This document shows, piece by piece, positions 35,453 to 45,420 of a stretch of 64,000 nucleotides of DNA. The translations under genes and the position numbers were made by a program. Source of the DNA: Verrucomicrobiota bacterium (GTDB lineage Bacteria; Verrucomicrobiota; Verrucomicrobiia; Limisphaerales; Palsa-1400); contig JBEKDI010000008.1 in NCBI GenBank assembly GCA_050014435.1, positions 13,458 to 77,457 of the forward strand. Direction: 5' to 3'. How positions within the stretch are numbered: position 1 is the first letter of the stretch; each line of letters starts with the position of its first letter. The notes beneath the pieces are model-generated. The model was not told the origin of the DNA. It saw only the letters and a program-made list of their open reading frames with translations, and searched no databases.

Positions 35453-35591
35453 ATCTCATTAAGAGTGGTGGAGGGACTGGCCCTATGAAACCACGGCAAC
35501 CGGCGGCCTCACAATGGGCCGCGCCAGGTGCCAATTCCAGCCCGGACGCCAGCAGGCCGTTTCCTGCCGGTTGACCGGGAAAAGATGAGAA
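35453..35591 (+). ncRNA. SAM-I riboswitch
   Basis: TCTCATTAAGAG...GAGGGACTGGCCCTATGAAACC.CGGCAACC...GGTGCCAATTCC...AAAGATGAGA; P1 stem TCTCAT/ATGAGA. Confidence 0.95.
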
Positions 35592-35609
35592 GAGCCTGTT
35601 GAATTGGAA

Positions 35610-35641
35610 CCTCTTCTCGCAATGTGAAGGGGCTTTTTTTT
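35610..35641 (+). terminator. Riboswitch expression-platform intrinsic terminator
   Basis: CCTCTTC/GAAGGGG stem followed by a T run; GAGAAGAG (35587-35594) can pair with CTCTTCTC as an antiterminator. Confidence 0.8.
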
Positions 35642-35661
35642 GCCCCGCGTCAAAGAAAAGT

Positions 35662-36924
35662 ATGCATAAACATGCCGGATTCATGAAGGCGCTCAAATGC
35701 CGCGAATGCGGACGGGAATACCCGCTGACCGCCAATCACGTTTGCGAATATGACTTCGGGCCGCTGGAAGTCGCTTACGATTACGAGCGCATCGCGCAGA
35801 CGCTTACCCGGGCCGCCATTCAGTCGCGCCCAAAGAACATGTGGCGCTTCCGCGAGTTGCTGCCCATCGAGGGCGACCCAACCGTCGGCGTCGAGGTGGG
35901 CTGCACGCCCTTGATCAAGGCCGATCGTCTGGCCCGGCGCCTGGGCATTCGCGAGCTGTGGGTCAAGAATGACACAGTGAATTACCCCACGCTTTCCTTC
36001 AAGGATCGAGTGGTCAGCGTCGCCTTGAGCCGGGCGCGCGAACTCGGTTTCACCACCGTGGCCTGTGCTTCGACCGGCAACCTGGCCAATTCCGTTGCCG
36101 CCAACGCCGCCGCCGCCGGCCTCAAAGCCTACGTCTTCATCCCGTCCGATCTGGAACATAGCAAGGTGATCAATTCCCTCATTTACGGCGGCAACGTCAT
36201 TGGCATCAAAGGCCACTATGACGAGGTCAACCGGCTTTGCGCGGAAATCGCGGGCAAATACCCCTGGGCCTTCGTCAATGTCAATATGCGCCCCTATTAT
36301 GCGGAAGGCTCCAAAAGCATGGGTTTCGAGATCATTGAACAATCCGGCTGGCGCGTCCCGCAGCACACCGTCGTCTGCATGGCGTCCGGCTCGTTGCTGA
36401 CCAAAATCCACAAGAGTTACCAGGAAGCCATCAAGCTCGGCCTGGCGCCGGAAACCGAATACCAAATTCACGGCGCCCAAGCCACCGGCTGTTCGCCGAT
36501 CACCACCGCCCAAAAAGCGGGCCTGGATTTCTTCAAGCCGGTCAAGCCCAATACCATCGCCAAATCGCTGGCCATCGGCACCCCGGCCGACGGCTTTTAC
36601 GCCTTGAAAGTGATGAAGGACACGCGCGGCTCGAGTGAGGACGTGACGGACGACCAGATTCGCGATGGCATCAAGATGCTGGCCGAGTGCGAGGGCATTT
36701 TCGCAGAAACCGCCGGCGGCGTGACCGTCGGGGTGGCCAGGAAATTGATTGCCTCCGGCGCCATTCCAGCCGATGCTTCCGCCGTGCTTTGTATCACCGG
36801 CAATGGACTCAAGACCCTGGAAGCGATGACCGGACACACCGGACACACGCGCGAAATCAAGCCGAGCCTGCGCGAGTTTGAGGCCTTGCTCGACGCCGAC
36901 ACACGCGTGCCAACCCACCCCTGA
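35662..36924 (+). CDS. thrC: Threonine synthase-like PLP enzyme (possibly an O-phosphohomoserine sulfur-insertion enzyme)
   Basis: PTLSFKDR (PLP Lys), CASTGNLA, EGSKS, EGIFAETAGG, ITGNGLK. Confidence 0.85.
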   Translation: MHKHAGFMKALKCRECGREYPLTANHVCEYDFGPLEVAYDYERIAQTLTRAAIQSRPKNMWRFRELLPIEGDPTVGVEVGCTPLIKADRLARRLGIRELWVKNDTVNYPTLSFKDRVVSVALSRARELGFTTVACASTGNLANSVAANAAAAGLKAYVFIPSDLEHSKVINSLIYGGNVIGIKGHYDEVNRLCAEIAGKYPWAFVNVNMRPYYAEGSKSMGFEIIEQSGWRVPQHTVVCMASGSLLTKIHKSYQEAIKLGLAPETEYQIHGAQATGCSPITTAQKAGLDFFKPVKPNTIAKSLAIGTPADGFYALKVMKDTRGSSEDVTDDQIRDGIKMLAECEGIFAETAGGVTVGVARKLIASGAIPADASAVLCITGNGLKTLEAMTGHTGHTREIKPSLREFEALLDADTRVPTHP

Positions 36925-36948
36925 CGAAATGTTTATAAAAGACAATAT

Positions 36949-37224
36949 ATGCCAATAAAAGTCCGCATCCCAACCCCGTTGCGCAAGCTGACGCACGACG
37001 AAGAAATTGTTCAGGTTACCGCCGACACGGTCGGCGCGGCCATTGCCGAGTTGCAAAGCAGGTACCCCGGCATCAAGGAACGGTTGACCGACGAAGCCGG
37101 CAGCGTGCGCCGTTTTGTCAACGTCTATGTCAACGAGGAGGACATTCGTTTCCTCAAGAACCAGGAGACCACGTTGAAAGACGGCGATGAGATCAGCATC
37201 ATTCCCGCCATCGCCGGAGGTTAA
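36949..37224 (+). CDS. MoaD/ThiS-family ubiquitin-like sulfur carrier
   Basis: VRIPTPLR...FVNVYVNEEDIRF...IIPAIAGG with C-terminal Gly-Gly. Confidence 0.93.
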   Translation: MPIKVRIPTPLRKLTHDEEIVQVTADTVGAAIAELQSRYPGIKERLTDEAGSVRRFVNVYVNEEDIRFLKNQETTLKDGDEISIIPAIAGG

Positions 37225-37236
37225 GGAGGAATGCGC

Positions 37237-37521
37237 ATGAAGAAAAAATCCGCCGCAAAACCGGGCCACGCCGCGCCTTCCGTCCAGTTGCGCCTCTGGC
37301 TCATGTACCCTCCGAAGCTCATCACCAACCCGACCATCTGGGAACTGGCGCGCAAATATCCAGTCGTTACTAATGTCCGCCAGGCCAGCGTCACGGACGA
37401 AATCGGCATTGTCTGCCTCGAATTGAGCGGGCAGCGCCCGGACCTGAACGCGGCCATTCAATGGCTTGAGAAACAAGGCATCAAGGTCGAGCCGGTAGAA
37501 ATTGGCGTTATCGAAAGCTAA
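37237..37521 (+). CDS. NIL domain protein
   Basis: LMYPPKLITNPTIWEL...TNVRQASV...LELSG...GIKVEPVE; AAGGAGG RBS upstream. Confidence 0.82.
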   Translation: MKKKSAAKPGHAAPSVQLRLWLMYPPKLITNPTIWELARKYPVVTNVRQASVTDEIGIVCLELSGQRPDLNAAIQWLEKQGIKVEPVEIGVIES

Positions 37522-37574
37522 AAATGTCTAGTGGGTTCACCTACGACAATACGTAATTTATCTTATCAAGACAC

Positions 37575-37603
37575 TTGACCGTGGAGATGGGTTGCCCTAG
37601 GAT
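37575..37603 (+). promoter_or_regulatory. Sigma70-like promoter of the HU gene
   Basis: TTGACC-17 nt-TAGGAT. Confidence 0.5.
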
Positions 37604-37686
37604 GGCTGTGTTATCTAGACCTAAGGGCTTGAGCCTGAAGGCTTAAGCCGTCGTGAGGCCGATGCGGAAATCGAGGTTAAGAGCCT

Positions 37687-38013
37687 ATGACAAAACGTGA
37701 TCTGGTAATTAACATTAGCGAAGAAACGGGAATCGTTCAACAAGAAGTGCTGAAAGTAGTACAGAGCACCCTTGATCACATCTCCAATGCGGTGGCGAAA
37801 GGGGCCACAGTTGAACTGCGCAATTTTGGAGTGTTTGAAGTCAAGGTGCGCAAATCGCGCATCGGGCGGAATCCGAATGAACCGGGCAAGGACGTGGTCA
37901 TTCCCCGCCGCGCCGTGGTGAAATTCAAGCCCGGCAAGGAAATGCGCGAAGCCGTCTATAAACTGTCCCCGCAGCAAGCGGGCCAAGGCGACGGCAAAGC
38001 CCAGAAACCGTAA
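37687..38013 (+). CDS. HU/IHF family DNA-binding protein
   Basis: MTKRDLV...VELRNFGVF...GRNP...VKFKPGKEM. Confidence 0.93.
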   Translation: MTKRDLVINISEETGIVQQEVLKVVQSTLDHISNAVAKGATVELRNFGVFEVKVRKSRIGRNPNEPGKDVVIPRRAVVKFKPGKEMREAVYKLSPQQAGQGDGKAQKP

Positions 38014-38015
38014 GT

Positions 38016-38873
38016 TTGACAAGCAAACTTAAAGACTTTGCAGTTCTTACGGTGATCGGCCGCGACAGATCGGGCGTCGTGGCCCGCATCACTAATTTTC
38101 TCTTCGAACAACGCGCCAACATCGAGGCGCTCGAGGAACAAGTCACCCGCGGCCAATTCAGCATGACCCTCCAGGCTTCCTGGCCCGGTCACGCCTCCTC
38201 CCGTTCCGCCGTCACTGCCGGCCTGGCCACGCTCGCCCAACAGCTCGGCATGGAAATCAAAGTGCGCTGGACCGACCCGAATCGCCGCCAGCGCATGGCC
38301 ATCATGGTCACCGGCGAACCGCACTGCGCCGAGGCGTTGCGGGCCGCGCTCAAATCCGGCCGCCTCAAAACTGATCCGGCGGTCATGATCTCCAATCGGC
38401 GCGACCTGGCCCCATTGGCCAAAGAGGCAAAACTTCCCTTTGTCTTCATTCCGTGGCAGGATCGGACGGCGGCGGAAAAGCGCGCCTTGAGCGTGCTGGA
38501 GGAATATGAAGTGGATTTTGTAGTGCTGGCGCGGTTCATGAAAATTCTGTCGCCCAACTTCGTCTGGCGCTACAAGAACAAAATCATCAACATCCACCCT
38601 TCCCTGCTCCCGAGCTTTCCCGGCCCTCAACCCTACCGCCAAGCCTACGAGCACGGCGTCAAAATCATCGGGGTCACGGCCCATTTCGTCAGCATGCACC
38701 TGGATGAAGGCCCCATCATCGCCCAAGCGGCCACCACTATTCATCCCAATGCCACGCTGCGCGCGATCATCGCGGCCGGCCAGAAACTGGAAGCCAAAGT
38801 GCTGGTCAAAGCGGTGCATCTCTACCTGGCCAGACGCCTGGACGTCTACTGGGGCGTCGTCAAACAAGTCTGA
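38016..38873 (+). CDS. purU: Formyltetrahydrofolate deformylase
   Basis: N-terminal ACT domain; VLARFMKIL, INIHPSLLPSF, GVKIIGVTAHFV, LDEGPII. Confidence 0.9.
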   Translation: MTSKLKDFAVLTVIGRDRSGVVARITNFLFEQRANIEALEEQVTRGQFSMTLQASWPGHASSRSAVTAGLATLAQQLGMEIKVRWTDPNRRQRMAIMVTGEPHCAEALRAALKSGRLKTDPAVMISNRRDLAPLAKEAKLPFVFIPWQDRTAAEKRALSVLEEYEVDFVVLARFMKILSPNFVWRYKNKIINIHPSLLPSFPGPQPYRQAYEHGVKIIGVTAHFVSMHLDEGPIIAQAATTIHPNATLRAIIAAGQKLEAKVLVKAVHLYLARRLDVYWGVVKQV

Positions 38874-38934
38874 TGGGCGGATCGGCCTATCACCAGTCGA
38901 TCAAAGCTCCCCATGGCGCTGCTCAGGCGCACCC

Positions 38935-40218
38935 TCAAATTGGAACTGAACTGACCACCGGGGGAAAAGCGGCAGTTTTTGGCGCAACCCACAGCCGGCT
39001 GACGACCAAAACAGTTACAGACTGCATGCAGATCATGAGTCCAACACAGCCTATCCATCCGGTCTCTTTCCAGAATAATCCGGGCAGAACAGAACCGGCG
39101 CAGCCTCCGAGATAGTAGAGCGCGAGGTACACCCCCGCCGCGGAGGAACGTGCATGGCCAGCCACTTTTCCCACATGGCTCGAGGCCCCAGCTTGAGACG
39201 CAAATGCGCCCGACGCCGCCAACGCCAACCCCGCTATCACAAAAGGGACCGAGCGGATCAGCGTCAATAGCACGCCTACTGACGTCACCGAGGCAGCCGC
39301 AATCAATACGCGCCGGTGGCCAATCCTGTCGAGCAATTGCCCGGAGAACGGCGTCACGACCGCGCCAATTAAATATACGGCAAAGATCGAAGCCAGGGGA
39401 GCGGGTCCAAAAGAAAAAGGCGGATCCGCCAAGTAGAAGTTCACGTAGGTAAAAACTCCCACCAGGCAAAACAGAACGTTGAACCCCACGGCATAAGTGG
39501 CCAGAAGCTGTGGATGGCGCAGATGCATACGCAAGGAGGCGAATGATTGAGCCGCGTTATTCTGCCGCACAAATTTTCTGGAACGGGGCAGCCTCCACCA
39601 AGTCAACATCGCGCCGACAAAAGTCGCGATCCCCAAGATGACCATCGAAGTCCTCCAACCCCAGTGGGCGGCGATCAAGCCAGAAGCAAAACGACCGCAG
39701 AATCCACCCATCACCCCACCCGTCACATAAATGGCCATGGTGGACCCCGCCAATCGCGGCGGCGTTTCCTCGCTGATGTAAGCCATCGCCACGGCAATGA
39801 TTCCCGGCGTGAAAAGCCCTTGCAGGAACCGCCAGGCAATCAGTTGCGGCAGATTCCATGCTGTGGCGGCCAAAGCGGTTGGAAGGGAGAGGGCCAGCAT
39901 GGAAGCCACGATGACGCGTTTGCGTCCCAGAGAATCCGCCACCAACCCAAGGAATGGGGCGGCCAGGGCCACTGCCAAAATGGGGGCGCTGACCGTCAGG
40001 CTAACCATCAACTCAGAGGCATGAAAAATCTCCCGGAATCGCGGCAGTAACGGCTGGGTGGAGTAAAGATTAACAAAGGTGGCAAATCCAGTGACGAACA
40101 GGGCCGTCAACATGCCCGCTCTGCCAGGCCTGGCCAAGGTTGACGCCGCCGAATGCCAGCGCGCAGCCGAATAGTCAGCCTTGGGCAAGGCAATTGATTC
40201 TTTCACCATAATCGTCAC
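38935..40218 (-). CDS. MFS transporter (YnfM-like)
   Basis: LYSTQPLLP, DSLGRKRV motif A, about 12 TM helices; divergent from a LysR gene. Confidence 0.9.
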   Translation of the reverse strand: MTIMVKESIALPKADYSAARWHSAASTLARPGRAGMLTALFVTGFATFVNLYSTQPLLPRFREIFHASELMVSLTVSAPILAVALAAPFLGLVADSLGRKRVIVASMLALSLPTALAATAWNLPQLIAWRFLQGLFTPGIIAVAMAYISEETPPRLAGSTMAIYVTGGVMGGFCGRFASGLIAAHWGWRTSMVILGIATFVGAMLTWWRLPRSRKFVRQNNAAQSFASLRMHLRHPQLLATYAVGFNVLFCLVGVFTYVNFYLADPPFSFGPAPLASIFAVYLIGAVVTPFSGQLLDRIGHRRVLIAAASVTSVGVLLTLIRSVPFVIAGLALAASGAFASQAGASSHVGKVAGHARSSAAGVYLALYYLGGCAGSVLPGLFWKETGWIGCVGLMICMQSVTVLVVSRLWVAPKTAAFPPVVSSVPI

Positions 40219-40322
40219 CAGTCTTTCAATCAGACTGGCAATACTATGTTAGGAGCGAATGGCTGGCGCATCCAATATATTAAACTGGCATTATTGATAC
40301 CTTTAATGTATGGAACTGAGGC

Positions 40323-41255
40323 ATGGAAGTGCGCCATTTGAAATATTTTGTCGCTGTGGCGGAAGAATTGCACTTTGGGCGCGCCTCCGAACGAGTGGGC
40401 ATCGCCCAACCTCCTTTCAGCCAGCAAATCAAGAAGCTGGAGGAGGAAATCGGCGTGCCGTTGCTCTGGAGGAGCAAAAGGCATGTTGAGTTGACGGCCG
40501 CGGGAAAGGTCTTTCTGGTCGAAGCGAGGAAAATCCTGGCCGAGGCAGGAAAGGCCGCCGATATGGCCCGTGGCGCCGCCCGTGGGGAAATCGGGCAGCT
40601 CTCGGTGGGATTTGTCAGTTCGGCCCTTTACGGGGAATTCACCCCGGTGTTCCGCATCATGCGGGCACGCCATCCCGAGGTGGCGCTGGCCCTGCAAGAT
40701 ATGACTAGCGAAGAACAGGTGCGCGCGATGAAGGATAACAAACTGGATGTGGGCCTGGTGCGTCCGCCGGTGCCCGGCGCGGAAGGGCTGGCGTTTGAGG
40801 TTGTGTTGCGGGAACCGTTTGTGGTGGTTCTGCCAAAGAACCACGCGCTGGCCAGACAAAAGTCACTCGCCGTAAATGACCTCGCCCAGGAATCGTTCCT
40901 GATGGTGCCCCGCTCGTTGGGACCCGGTTTTTATGATCAAATCATCCAGCTCTGCGCGCAATCCGGTTTTGCGCCAAAAGTGTCCCTGGAAATCAGCAGT
41001 GCGCAAACCATTGTCAGCCTGATTGCCGGTGGAATGGGCGTCTCCCTGGTTCCCTACTCTCTCCAACACCTTCGGCGGACGGGTGTTGTCTATCGTCCGC
41101 TCAAACCTCCCGCACCCAAAACAGAATTGGCCGTCATGTGGCGGGCAGAGGATTCCTCCCCGGCTGTGTCCCTCTTTCTTGGCATCATCCGAGAAGTCGC
41201 GAAGGGATCCAGGGAACAGCAAGCTTCGTGTGTGGTAATTCGTGCTAAATGGTGA
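40323..41255 (+). CDS. LysR family transcriptional regulator
   Basis: LKYFVAVAEELHFGRASERVGIAQPPFSQQIKKLEEE HTH. Confidence 0.95.
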   Translation: MEVRHLKYFVAVAEELHFGRASERVGIAQPPFSQQIKKLEEEIGVPLLWRSKRHVELTAAGKVFLVEARKILAEAGKAADMARGAARGEIGQLSVGFVSSALYGEFTPVFRIMRARHPEVALALQDMTSEEQVRAMKDNKLDVGLVRPPVPGAEGLAFEVVLREPFVVVLPKNHALARQKSLAVNDLAQESFLMVPRSLGPGFYDQIIQLCAQSGFAPKVSLEISSAQTIVSLIAGGMGVSLVPYSLQHLRRTGVVYRPLKPPAPKTELAVMWRAEDSSPAVSLFLGIIREVAKGSREQQASCVVIRAKW

Positions 41256-41366
41256 AGGTAACCTTCAGGCAAAATGTCCCTATCTTTTGACATGGCCTGT
41301 TTGGGTTGATCGAACACGATATTTCTTTGAGCGTGCTATCGTGAATGATTAAGACATACTGTGACC

Positions 41367-42680
41367 ATGCCATTTCGTGCATTCGGACTTGATCCAAGAA
41401 TTTTGAAAGCCGTCCAAGAGGCCGGCTACACTGAACCCACGCCTATTCAATCGGCAGCCATCCCGCAGATACTGGCGGGCCACGATCTCATCGGTATCGC
41501 GCAAACCGGGACGGGAAAGACAGCGGCCTTCACCCTGCCCATGCTCGCCAAACTTGCGACGCAGCCCTCGAGTTCGCAGCGCCGCACTCGAGTGCTGGTG
41601 GTCGCTCCGACGCGGGAGCTTGCCTTGCAGATTGATGAAAACATCCGAATCTATGCCAGGCATCTGCCCCTAACGGTGGCCACAGTCTTTGGCGGCGTGG
41701 GTGAACACCCGCAGATCCGGGCGCTGCGTGCGGGCACGGATGTTATCATCGCTTGTCCGGGGCGGCTGCTGGATTTGATGAGCCGCCGCAACGGCGATTT
41801 CTCCGCCTTGCAGTTTCTCGTGCTCGACGAGGCCGACCGGATGCTCGACATGGGTTTTCTGCCGTCCATCCGGCAGATTGTCCGCCAATTGCCGGCGAAA
41901 CGGCAGACGCTCCTTTTCTGCGCGACGCTCTCAAAGGAGATTGAAGCCCTCACCCATGAGTTCCAACGCGCCCCCAAACTCGTGCAAATTGGCCGCCGCT
42001 CGAACCCTGCCGAGACGGTTACTCAACTGGTCTATGAAGTGCCGAAGCATTTGAAGCCGGCGTTGTTGTTGCATCTGTTGCGCGATCCGCAAATGGACAC
42101 GGTGCTGGTCTTTTCCCGCATGAAGCACGGGGCCGACCGCATCGCCCGCCATCTGGAGCAAAAGGGGATTCGCACCGCGACACTGCATTCGAATCGCTCG
42201 CAGAACCAGCGGCTGAAGGCGTTGAAGGATTTTAAATCCGGCGCGGTGCGCGTCCTGGTGGCCACGGACATCGCGGCGCGTGGCATTGATGTTGACGGAA
42301 TCTCCCACGTCGTGAACTACGATTTTCCGATGCACGCCGAAGATTACGTTCACCGCATCGGACGCACAGGCCGCGCCCATGCCGTGGGCGATGCCATCAG
42401 TTTTGTCACTCCGGAAGACCACGCCGAGTTGCGTATGCTGGAGCGCTTCATCGGACGCGGCATCGTGCGCAAACGCGCCGATGGATTCAATTACGACGCG
42501 GCCGGACCGGCCCACATTGAAAGCGGGCGCGATGGTCGACAACAACAACGGTCCCAGGGGCATTTCCCGTCCCAGCGGCCCGCGCGCCCGGAGGACAGTC
42601 CGCAACAAGGCGGACAGGGTGGGTCGCGCCAGGGTGTTGCGCGGCCGCACGGACAACGAAGACATTTCGGCCGACGGTGA
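41367..42680 (+). CDS. rhlE: DEAD-box RNA helicase (RhlE-like)
   Basis: AQTGTGKT, PTRELA, LDEAD, ARGID, HRIGRTGRA. Confidence 0.9.
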   Translation: MPFRAFGLDPRILKAVQEAGYTEPTPIQSAAIPQILAGHDLIGIAQTGTGKTAAFTLPMLAKLATQPSSSQRRTRVLVVAPTRELALQIDENIRIYARHLPLTVATVFGGVGEHPQIRALRAGTDVIIACPGRLLDLMSRRNGDFSALQFLVLDEADRMLDMGFLPSIRQIVRQLPAKRQTLLFCATLSKEIEALTHEFQRAPKLVQIGRRSNPAETVTQLVYEVPKHLKPALLLHLLRDPQMDTVLVFSRMKHGADRIARHLEQKGIRTATLHSNRSQNQRLKALKDFKSGAVRVLVATDIAARGIDVDGISHVVNYDFPMHAEDYVHRIGRTGRAHAVGDAISFVTPEDHAELRMLERFIGRGIVRKRADGFNYDAAGPAHIESGRDGRQQQRSQGHFPSQRPARPEDSPQQGGQGGSRQGVARPHGQRRHFGRR

Positions 42681-42729
42681 GCGCCGATTCCGATGCTGGA
42701 GCCATGAATGATTCAATCAACATGCGCCT

Positions 42730-43788
42730 ATGGACCTGACGAAGTTGGGCTGGAATGCTGACCTCAATCAGCAGTTCGCGCCGCACCATGCCAGGGGTCT
42801 GATTCCGGCGCGCGTGGCGGTGGAGGACAAACATTTCTTCCGCGTCTGGACCGCGGAGGCGGAACTTCTCGCGCAAGTCACCGGCAAGTGCTTCCACGAA
42901 GCCCGCGGGTGCAATGCAAAACTTCCCAAGGTCGGGGATTGGGTCGCCGTAAAACTCGTGGCCAATGAGGAGAAGGCCATGATTGAGGCCATCCTTCCGC
43001 GACGCACCCAACTCTGTCGCAAAATGACCGGCCGTGGCAGCAATGAGCATATCCTCGCCACGAATATCGACACGGCGTTCATGGTGGCCGCCGCGGACGC
43101 GAGCTTCGACGCCACGTGTCTGGAGCAGATGCTGGCCATGGCCCACGAAAGCGGCGCGCGCCCGGTGGTCCTTCTCAATAAAATCGATTTGTGCGACGCC
43201 CTTGGCGCGAGGCTCGCGGACGCCACTCGCGTGGCCGGCGACGCTTTGGTGCTCGCGGCCTGTGCTCTCACCGGGCGGGGCGTGGAGAAATTGGCGCAAC
43301 TGATCAAGCCCGGCGACACCGCCGTGTTCATCGGCACTTCGGGAGTCGGCAAGTCGAGCCTTATCAACCGGCTCTACGGAGAAGACATCCAGGCCACGGT
43401 GGAAGTCCGCACCGATGATGCCAAAGGCCGGCACACCACTTCGTGGCGCGAGATGATTTTCCTGCCCCAAGGTGGCGTGGTCATTGATACGCCGGGCATG
43501 AGAGAATTCCACATCTGGATTGCCAGTGAAGGATCGAAGCAAAATTTTCCCGAAATCGACGCGCTGTCTGTGCGCTGCCACTTCCGCGACTGCACCCATA
43601 CGAAGGAGAATCGGTGTGCGGTGCGTGAAGCGCTCGCCGCCGGCACGCTCTCGCGCGAGCGGTATAACAGTTTCCTCAAACTCCAGCTCGAAATCCGCTA
43701 CCTGCGCGAAGCAGAAAAGAAAACCGCCTGGCAGGACTATAATAAGCCAGATCGCGGAGCCCATGGCGCGTCCAGCGAGAAGGATTGA
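42730..43788 (+). CDS. rsgA: Ribosome small subunit-dependent GTPase A
   Basis: NKIDL, GTSGVGKSSLIN, GRHTT, DTPGMR, CxFRDCxH...C Zn finger. Confidence 0.95.
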   Translation: MDLTKLGWNADLNQQFAPHHARGLIPARVAVEDKHFFRVWTAEAELLAQVTGKCFHEARGCNAKLPKVGDWVAVKLVANEEKAMIEAILPRRTQLCRKMTGRGSNEHILATNIDTAFMVAAADASFDATCLEQMLAMAHESGARPVVLLNKIDLCDALGARLADATRVAGDALVLAACALTGRGVEKLAQLIKPGDTAVFIGTSGVGKSSLINRLYGEDIQATVEVRTDDAKGRHTTSWREMIFLPQGGVVIDTPGMREFHIWIASEGSKQNFPEIDALSVRCHFRDCTHTKENRCAVREALAAGTLSRERYNSFLKLQLEIRYLREAEKKTAWQDYNKPDRGAHGASSEKD

Positions 43789-43831
43789 ACAGTCTCTTTT
43801 CTAACAATACCCTGGTAGGTTCGGGTGAAAG

Positions 43832-45175
43832 ATGACCAATGAACCGCATCAAGACCTGGCCGACGCCGACCGCAACTGGCGTCGGTTCGTTCTCTTTCGT
43901 GTTCTCTTCAATTCGCGGTTTTATTATCCGGTCCTTGCCATTCTTTTCCTCGACCTGGGCGTCTCAGCGACCGAATACACGTTGCTTAATTTTGCCTGGG
44001 CGCTTGCGATTGTTTTGACTGATTTACCCGCCGGGGCTTTAGCCGACCGAATCGGCCGCAAGCCCCTCGTGGTCGCAGCCGCCGTTTTCATGGTGCTGGA
44101 GATGATTTTGCTTGGGGTGGCTCCTCTTCACGGCGGCATCGTTCTTCTCCTTTGCTGTCTGGCCAATCGCATCCTCAGCGGCATGGCCGAGGGCATGGCG
44201 AGTGGCGCCGACGAGGCGCTTGTCTTCGATTCACTTGCGCAACAGGACAGGTCCGGCGACTGGCCCAAAGTTCTGGACCAGGTCATGCGCTGGCAAGGCG
44301 TGGGCATGGTCATCGCCATGCTCGTCGGCGGAGCCGTTTACGATCCCGCATTTGTCGGGCGGCTTTGCTCAGCCTTCGGATGGAATCACGCGTTTGCCCA
44401 AGGCACGACACTTCGTTTTCCGATTTACCTCAATCTTCTCACAGCTCTACTGACGCTCGCCGTTGTGCTCGGCCTGCAAGAACCAAAGGTGCGTGCCAGC
44501 CATGTTGCGCCTGAGACCAAGGACGCGACTAGACAGGAGGCCACATCCTGGCGCCTTGTCGCCAACGCCGGAACTTGGATCGTGAAAACCCCGGTGGCTC
44601 TCTTTGTCATCACGGATGGGGTCATGATCGACAGTGTCGTCCGCCTTTTCCTGACTTTCTCCAGCTCTTACTTCCGCCTCATCGAGATTCCGGAAGCGGC
44701 CTTCGGAGTCATCGGCGCGACGATGGGAGGGCTTGGCCTGGCCGTGTCTCCCCTCGCCCGACGCATGGTGGCGAACAATTCAGTGGCACGAAATTATGGC
44801 CTCCTTGTTTTGACCGTCCTGGCCGGCTTGATCGGTGTGAGCTGTCGATGGCAGTACTGGGGCGTACTCTTTATCGTGCCGTTGGCCGGAGCCATTATGG
44901 CGCTCGGCTATATCGCCTCTTACTACCTCAACGCCGTCGTCGCTTCGAGCCATCGCGCCACCGTTCTTTCCTTCAAGGGCGTCGCCTTCAATCTCGGCTA
45001 CGGGTTTATCAGCCTCGTCTTTGCCCTCGTACTTAAGGCCGTCAGGGTCGGCGGCAGCACCGGCAATGCGTTGGAACGCGGTCTCGTATTCCTGCCACTC
45101 TGGGTTGTTTGCGGCGGCATCATTTGTGGAATTGTTTTCTGGCGACAGCGAAAACTTCTATCCGTCCGACTGTGA
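43832..45175 (+). CDS. MFS transporter
   Basis: GALADRIGRK motif, SGADEALVFDSL, many TM helices. Confidence 0.88.
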   Translation: MTNEPHQDLADADRNWRRFVLFRVLFNSRFYYPVLAILFLDLGVSATEYTLLNFAWALAIVLTDLPAGALADRIGRKPLVVAAAVFMVLEMILLGVAPLHGGIVLLLCCLANRILSGMAEGMASGADEALVFDSLAQQDRSGDWPKVLDQVMRWQGVGMVIAMLVGGAVYDPAFVGRLCSAFGWNHAFAQGTTLRFPIYLNLLTALLTLAVVLGLQEPKVRASHVAPETKDATRQEATSWRLVANAGTWIVKTPVALFVITDGVMIDSVVRLFLTFSSSYFRLIEIPEAAFGVIGATMGGLGLAVSPLARRMVANNSVARNYGLLVLTVLAGLIGVSCRWQYWGVLFIVPLAGAIMALGYIASYYLNAVVASSHRATVLSFKGVAFNLGYGFISLVFALVLKAVRVGGSTGNALERGLVFLPLWVVCGGIICGIVFWRQRKLLSVRL

Positions 45176-45260
45176 ATTAATAAGGCGCCGCGGTGGCGTT
45201 TTCAGCAAAAAGGATTGAACGTCCCCTTTTCGTAATGAGTCAGTGATGGCGGGAACAGGG

Positions 45261-45330
45261 AAACTGTTGAAACAATTTTCGCACATGCTTCGCCTCAAAT
45301 TCATCTGGCTGAAGCCAGGTGTTAATGAGA
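45261..45330. repeat. REP-like palindromic element
   Basis: Imperfect hairpins AAACTGTT-GA-AACAATTT and CATCTGGC-TGAA-GCCAGGTG, followed by TTAATGAG, in intergenic DNA. Confidence 0.4.
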
Positions 45331-45420
45331 TTCCGCCTTGACTGACGCATTACCCCTTTTCTGACAAAACGGGTATCAATCCGGCGGATTTGTGCGACAA
45401 TGGGCTGTGGGTTTTCCATC

